Of a DNA stretch of 64,000 bases, positions 61,567 through 64,000 are shown one piece after another. Under the pieces are notes generated by a model. It made no database searches. It worked only from the letters and a program-made list of their open reading frames with translations, and was not told the origin of the DNA. Position 1 is the first letter of the stretch. Every line of letters starts with the position of its first letter. Origin of the DNA: Candidatus Harrisonbacteria bacterium (GTDB taxonomy: Bacteria; Patescibacteriota; Minisyncoccia; UBA6257; 1-14-0-10-44-23); NCBI GenBank assembly GCA_023255625.1, contig JAHFLF010000001.1, forward strand, positions 504,074 to 568,073. The letters run 5' to 3'. Made by a program: the position numbers and the translations under genes.

Positions 61567-64000
61567 GTGAACTTTGCCCAAGAACTAAAAAAATTAAACC
61601 CCAAGCAGCGGCAGGCCGTTCTAGCCATTGAGGGGCCGGTGATGGTTGTGGCGGGACCGGGCACGGGCAAGACGCAGATTTTGACGCTGCGGATTGCTAA
61701 CATTTTAAAGACGGCTCAAGTCGAGCCGGAGAATATTCTGGCGATCACTTTCACCGAGTCGGGCGTTGCAGCGATGCGCAAGCGGCTGGCCGAGCTCATT
61801 GGCAGCGAGGCGTATGGTGTAACGATCACAACCTTTCACGCATTCTGCAATAACATCATCCGTGAGCACCCCGAGAGCTTTCCGCGGATTATCGGCTCTA
61901 CGCCGATGACGGAGGTGGATCAAATGAAGGTGTTAGAAGCGCAAATCGCAAAGCGCAAAGCGCCAATTTTGAAACCGTTTGGTGAGCCATTGTTCTACGT
62001 AAAGGACATTGCTAAGGCGATTGACGAGTTAAAGCGCGAAAATATTTCGCCGGAGCAGTTTGCAAAAATTGCTAAGCAGGAACTAAAAGATGCCGAGAAT
62101 GATCCCGAGGCGTATCACGCAAAAGGCAAATTTAAGGGGCGGCTCAAGGGCGAGTACGCGCGAGCAATAAAGCACGCGCAGAAGAATATTGAACTTGCGC
62201 AGATTTACGAGGCATATCAGCAGGCGCTTACTAAACAGAAACGGTATGACTACACTGACATGATCATGGAGGCGGTTAAGGTTCTGGGAAGTAAGGAGGG
62301 GGTGCGTTTTGGCTTATTATTTGAGTTGCAGGAAAAGTATCAATATGTGCTAGTTGACGAGCATCAGGACACCAACAACGCGCAGAATAAGTTGCTGGAG
62401 CTCATCATGAGTTTTCACAAAGACCCGAATTTGTTTGTGGTCGGTGATGCCAAGCAGGCGATTTACCGTTTCCAGGGTGCCTCACTGGAAAACTTTTTGT
62501 ACTTTAAGAAATTGTATCCGCGCGCGAAGTTGATTGAGCTAACCGACAACTATCGCAGCACACAACATATCCTGGACGCCGCACATTCCATTACGAGAGT
62601 GGACGAAATCAAGCTGATCGCCCGCGCAGACCATCCGAAGCGAGAGATTTTGACCGCTGCGCTTTCCAGTGATGTCGCCGAACAATATTTCGTCGCTAAA
62701 CATGTTAGCGAGAGGTTGGCCTCTGGCGTGAGCCCGCACGAGATTGCAGTGCTGTATCGCAATAACAAAGATGTGCTGCCTATCGCCATGATGCTGGAGC
62801 GGTTGAATATTCCGTTTACCATTGAATCTGCGCAAAACATTTTTGATGATCCGGAGATAAAAAAATTGCGCACACTTTTGACTGCAATCGCCAAGTTTGG
62901 CAATCACGAGTTTTTGGCCGTCTTACTCTATGCTGATTTTCTGGGAATTGATGCTCTCGACGCCCACCGAGTGATTGCGTATGCGCGCCGCCCTCGGCCC
63001 CAGTCTGTCATTGCGAGTACTCGAAGCAATCCATCTCCGCATCCCACCCGCCCACTTTCCATTTATGATGTCCTAAAATCCCCGCAACTCCTGAAAGCAG
63101 CCGGAGTAGAAAATCCGCAGCCATTCCTAAAACTCTACGAAAATCTTTCCCGCTGGCGAAGTGCGGCGCAGTATCACGGCGCTGGCGAGGTCTTTGAGAT
63201 TGCGGTGCAAGAGAGCGGTTTTTTGGCGCATATTCTTTCAAAACAAAACGGCGTAGATATTTTGCATAAATTAAATGTATTTTTTGACGAGCTTAAGGAT
63301 TTAACCGAACAAAGAGGATCGCTTGTGCTCCAGGAATTTGTTGAGTACTTAGATATGCTGGATGAGCACGAGTTACTAATTAAACGAGTACCCGCCGCCC
63401 ATCGCCAGATTGGCCGCGTTCGGCTCATGACCGCGCACGCCAGCAAAGGGCAGGAGTTTGATTATGTCTATATTATCGGGGCGGTAGATGGCCATTGGGG
63501 GAATAAGCGGAAAGTGGAGATGCTCAAGCTGCCTCGTAGTATCTACTCTCCCTCCGTCATCCCGAAGCCGAGGGATCTCGCCCCATCCGACTCCGACGAC
63601 GATCGCAACCTTTTCTATGTTGCTTTGACCCGTGCCCGCAAAGAGGTAGTGATTAGTTATGCCGAGGCAGCAGCAAGTGGTAAGGAGCAGCTGCCAAGCG
63701 AGTTTGTGGCTGACATTAAATCAGAACTTATTGAACAGGTGAGCGTTGAGTCGTATGAGGGAGATTTAGTAACTATGCCGCAGCTTATTTACCAAAAGCC
63801 AACTGCCGGGCAGCATAGGATCAAAGAAAAAGAGTTTGTCAGTGAGCTATTCCTGGAGCGCGGTCTTTCGGTTACGCATCTTAACAATTATTTAGACTGC
63901 CCGTGGAAATATTTCTTTGTTAATTTATTGCGTATTCCGGAGCATAAGAATAAGCACATGATGTATGGAAGCGCCGTGCACGAGGCGCTTGAAGTGTTTT
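61567..64000 (+). CDS. UvrD/PcrA/Rep-family ATP-dependent DNA helicase, N-terminal about 810 aa (runs off window end); probable GTG start
   Basis: LNPKQRQAV......P.MVVAGPGTGKTQ.LT.RIA, AITFTE.....M+.RL, TFHAFC, VDEHQDTN, GD..Q.IY.FQGA; absent from the ORF track because it is unterminated; contains MITE-like fragments at 63006..63032 and 63556..63582. Confidence 0.8.
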   Translation, partial: MNFAQELKKLNPKQRQAVLAIEGPVMVVAGPGTGKTQILTLRIANILKTAQVEPENILAITFTESGVAAMRKRLAELIGSEAYGVTITTFHAFCNNIIREHPESFPRIIGSTPMTEVDQMKVLEAQIAKRKAPILKPFGEPLFYVKDIAKAIDELKRENISPEQFAKIAKQELKDAENDPEAYHAKGKFKGRLKGEYARAIKHAQKNIELAQIYEAYQQALTKQKRYDYTDMIMEAVKVLGSKEGVRFGLLFELQEKYQYVLVDEHQDTNNAQNKLLELIMSFHKDPNLFVVGDAKQAIYRFQGASLENFLYFKKLYPRAKLIELTDNYRSTQHILDAAHSITRVDEIKLIARADHPKREILTAALSSDVAEQYFVAKHVSERLASGVSPHEIAVLYRNNKDVLPIAMMLERLNIPFTIESAQNIFDDPEIKKLRTLLTAIAKFGNHEFLAVLLYADFLGIDALDAHRVIAYARRPRPQSVIASTRSNPSPHPTRPLSIYDVLKSPQLLKAAGVENPQPFLKLYENLSRWRSAAQYHGAGEVFEIAVQESGFLAHILSKQNGVDILHKLNVFFDELKDLTEQRGSLVLQEFVEYLDMLDEHELLIKRVPAAHRQIGRVRLMTAHASKGQEFDYVYIIGAVDGHWGNKRKVEMLKLPRSIYSPSVIPKPRDLAPSDSDDDRNLFYVALTRARKEVVISYAEAAASGKEQLPSEFVADIKSELIEQVSVESYEGDLVTMPQLIYQKPTAGQHRIKEKEFVSELFLERGLSVTHLNNYLDCPWKYFFVNLLRIPEHKNKHMMYGSAVHEALEVF
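63006..63032. repeat. Variant palindromic fragment TGTCATTGCGAGTACTCGAAGCAATCC in-frame in the helicase gene
   Basis: Related to the GTCATTCTGAGCG...GAAGAATC arm of the MITE-like family. Confidence 0.35.
63556..63582. repeat. Half-copy of the MITE-like element, inverted orientation, in-frame in the helicase gene (encodes SVIPKPRDLAP)
   Basis: GTCATCCCGAAGCCGAGGGATCTCGCC. Confidence 0.55.

Overview
This 64-kb window is from a moderate-GC (about 48-50%) bacterium whose gene content looks like Candidate Phyla Radiation / Patescibacteria. The signs are weak or absent Shine-Dalgarno sequences on native genes, many short membrane-anchored hypotheticals, DUF5667, GerMN and DUF5989/SxtJ-like genes, and a tRNA gene split by an intron. 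Placement in that group is inference only.

Housekeeping genes: the end of gyrB, secE-nusG-(four-helix-bundle gene)-rplK, tmk, gatB, a DEAD-box helicase, trmH, a DMT transporter, and a run of DNA-repair genes (AlkD-like, Nudix, uvrB, uvrA, uvrC, nfo, a UvrD-family helicase) plus a dus gene.

Accessory content:
- a conserved carbamoyltransferase cluster (DUF5989-like, SxtJ-like, NodU/CmcH carbamoyltransferase, SGNH-like hydrolase);
- a csoR-copA-HMA/TauE-cupredoxin copper operon with a perfect 22-bp operator palindrome;
- tRNA-Asn interrupted by a roughly 358-nt group I-like intron, immediately followed by a large serine recombinase, a small integrative element and an AT-rich island that carries a 1548-aa STAND NTPase (antiviral Avs-like architecture);
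- several short high-GC (about 60-65%) gene islands with strong AGGAGG-type ribosome-binding sites embedded in the AT-richer backbone: a pyrF-like/pyrE-like pair, a four-repeat Cys-ribbon protein, and other small genes;
- at least three families of short palindromic elements inserted in-frame inside coding sequences.

The three in-frame palindrome families are:
1. A 30-bp perfect palindrome encoding SAGGGSASGG, found in uvrB, nfo and dus.
2. A roughly 72-bp element resembling a miniature inverted-repeat transposable element (MITE), with full copies in uvrA, in uvrC and upstream of uvrA, and half copies in uvrA, dus and the UvrD-like helicase.
3. An ATTCGCGCGAAT-core palindrome present inside uvrC and inverted in its promoter region.

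No CRISPR array or rRNA gene is present. All calls rest on reading the sequence and on recognising protein motifs by eye; no searches were run.
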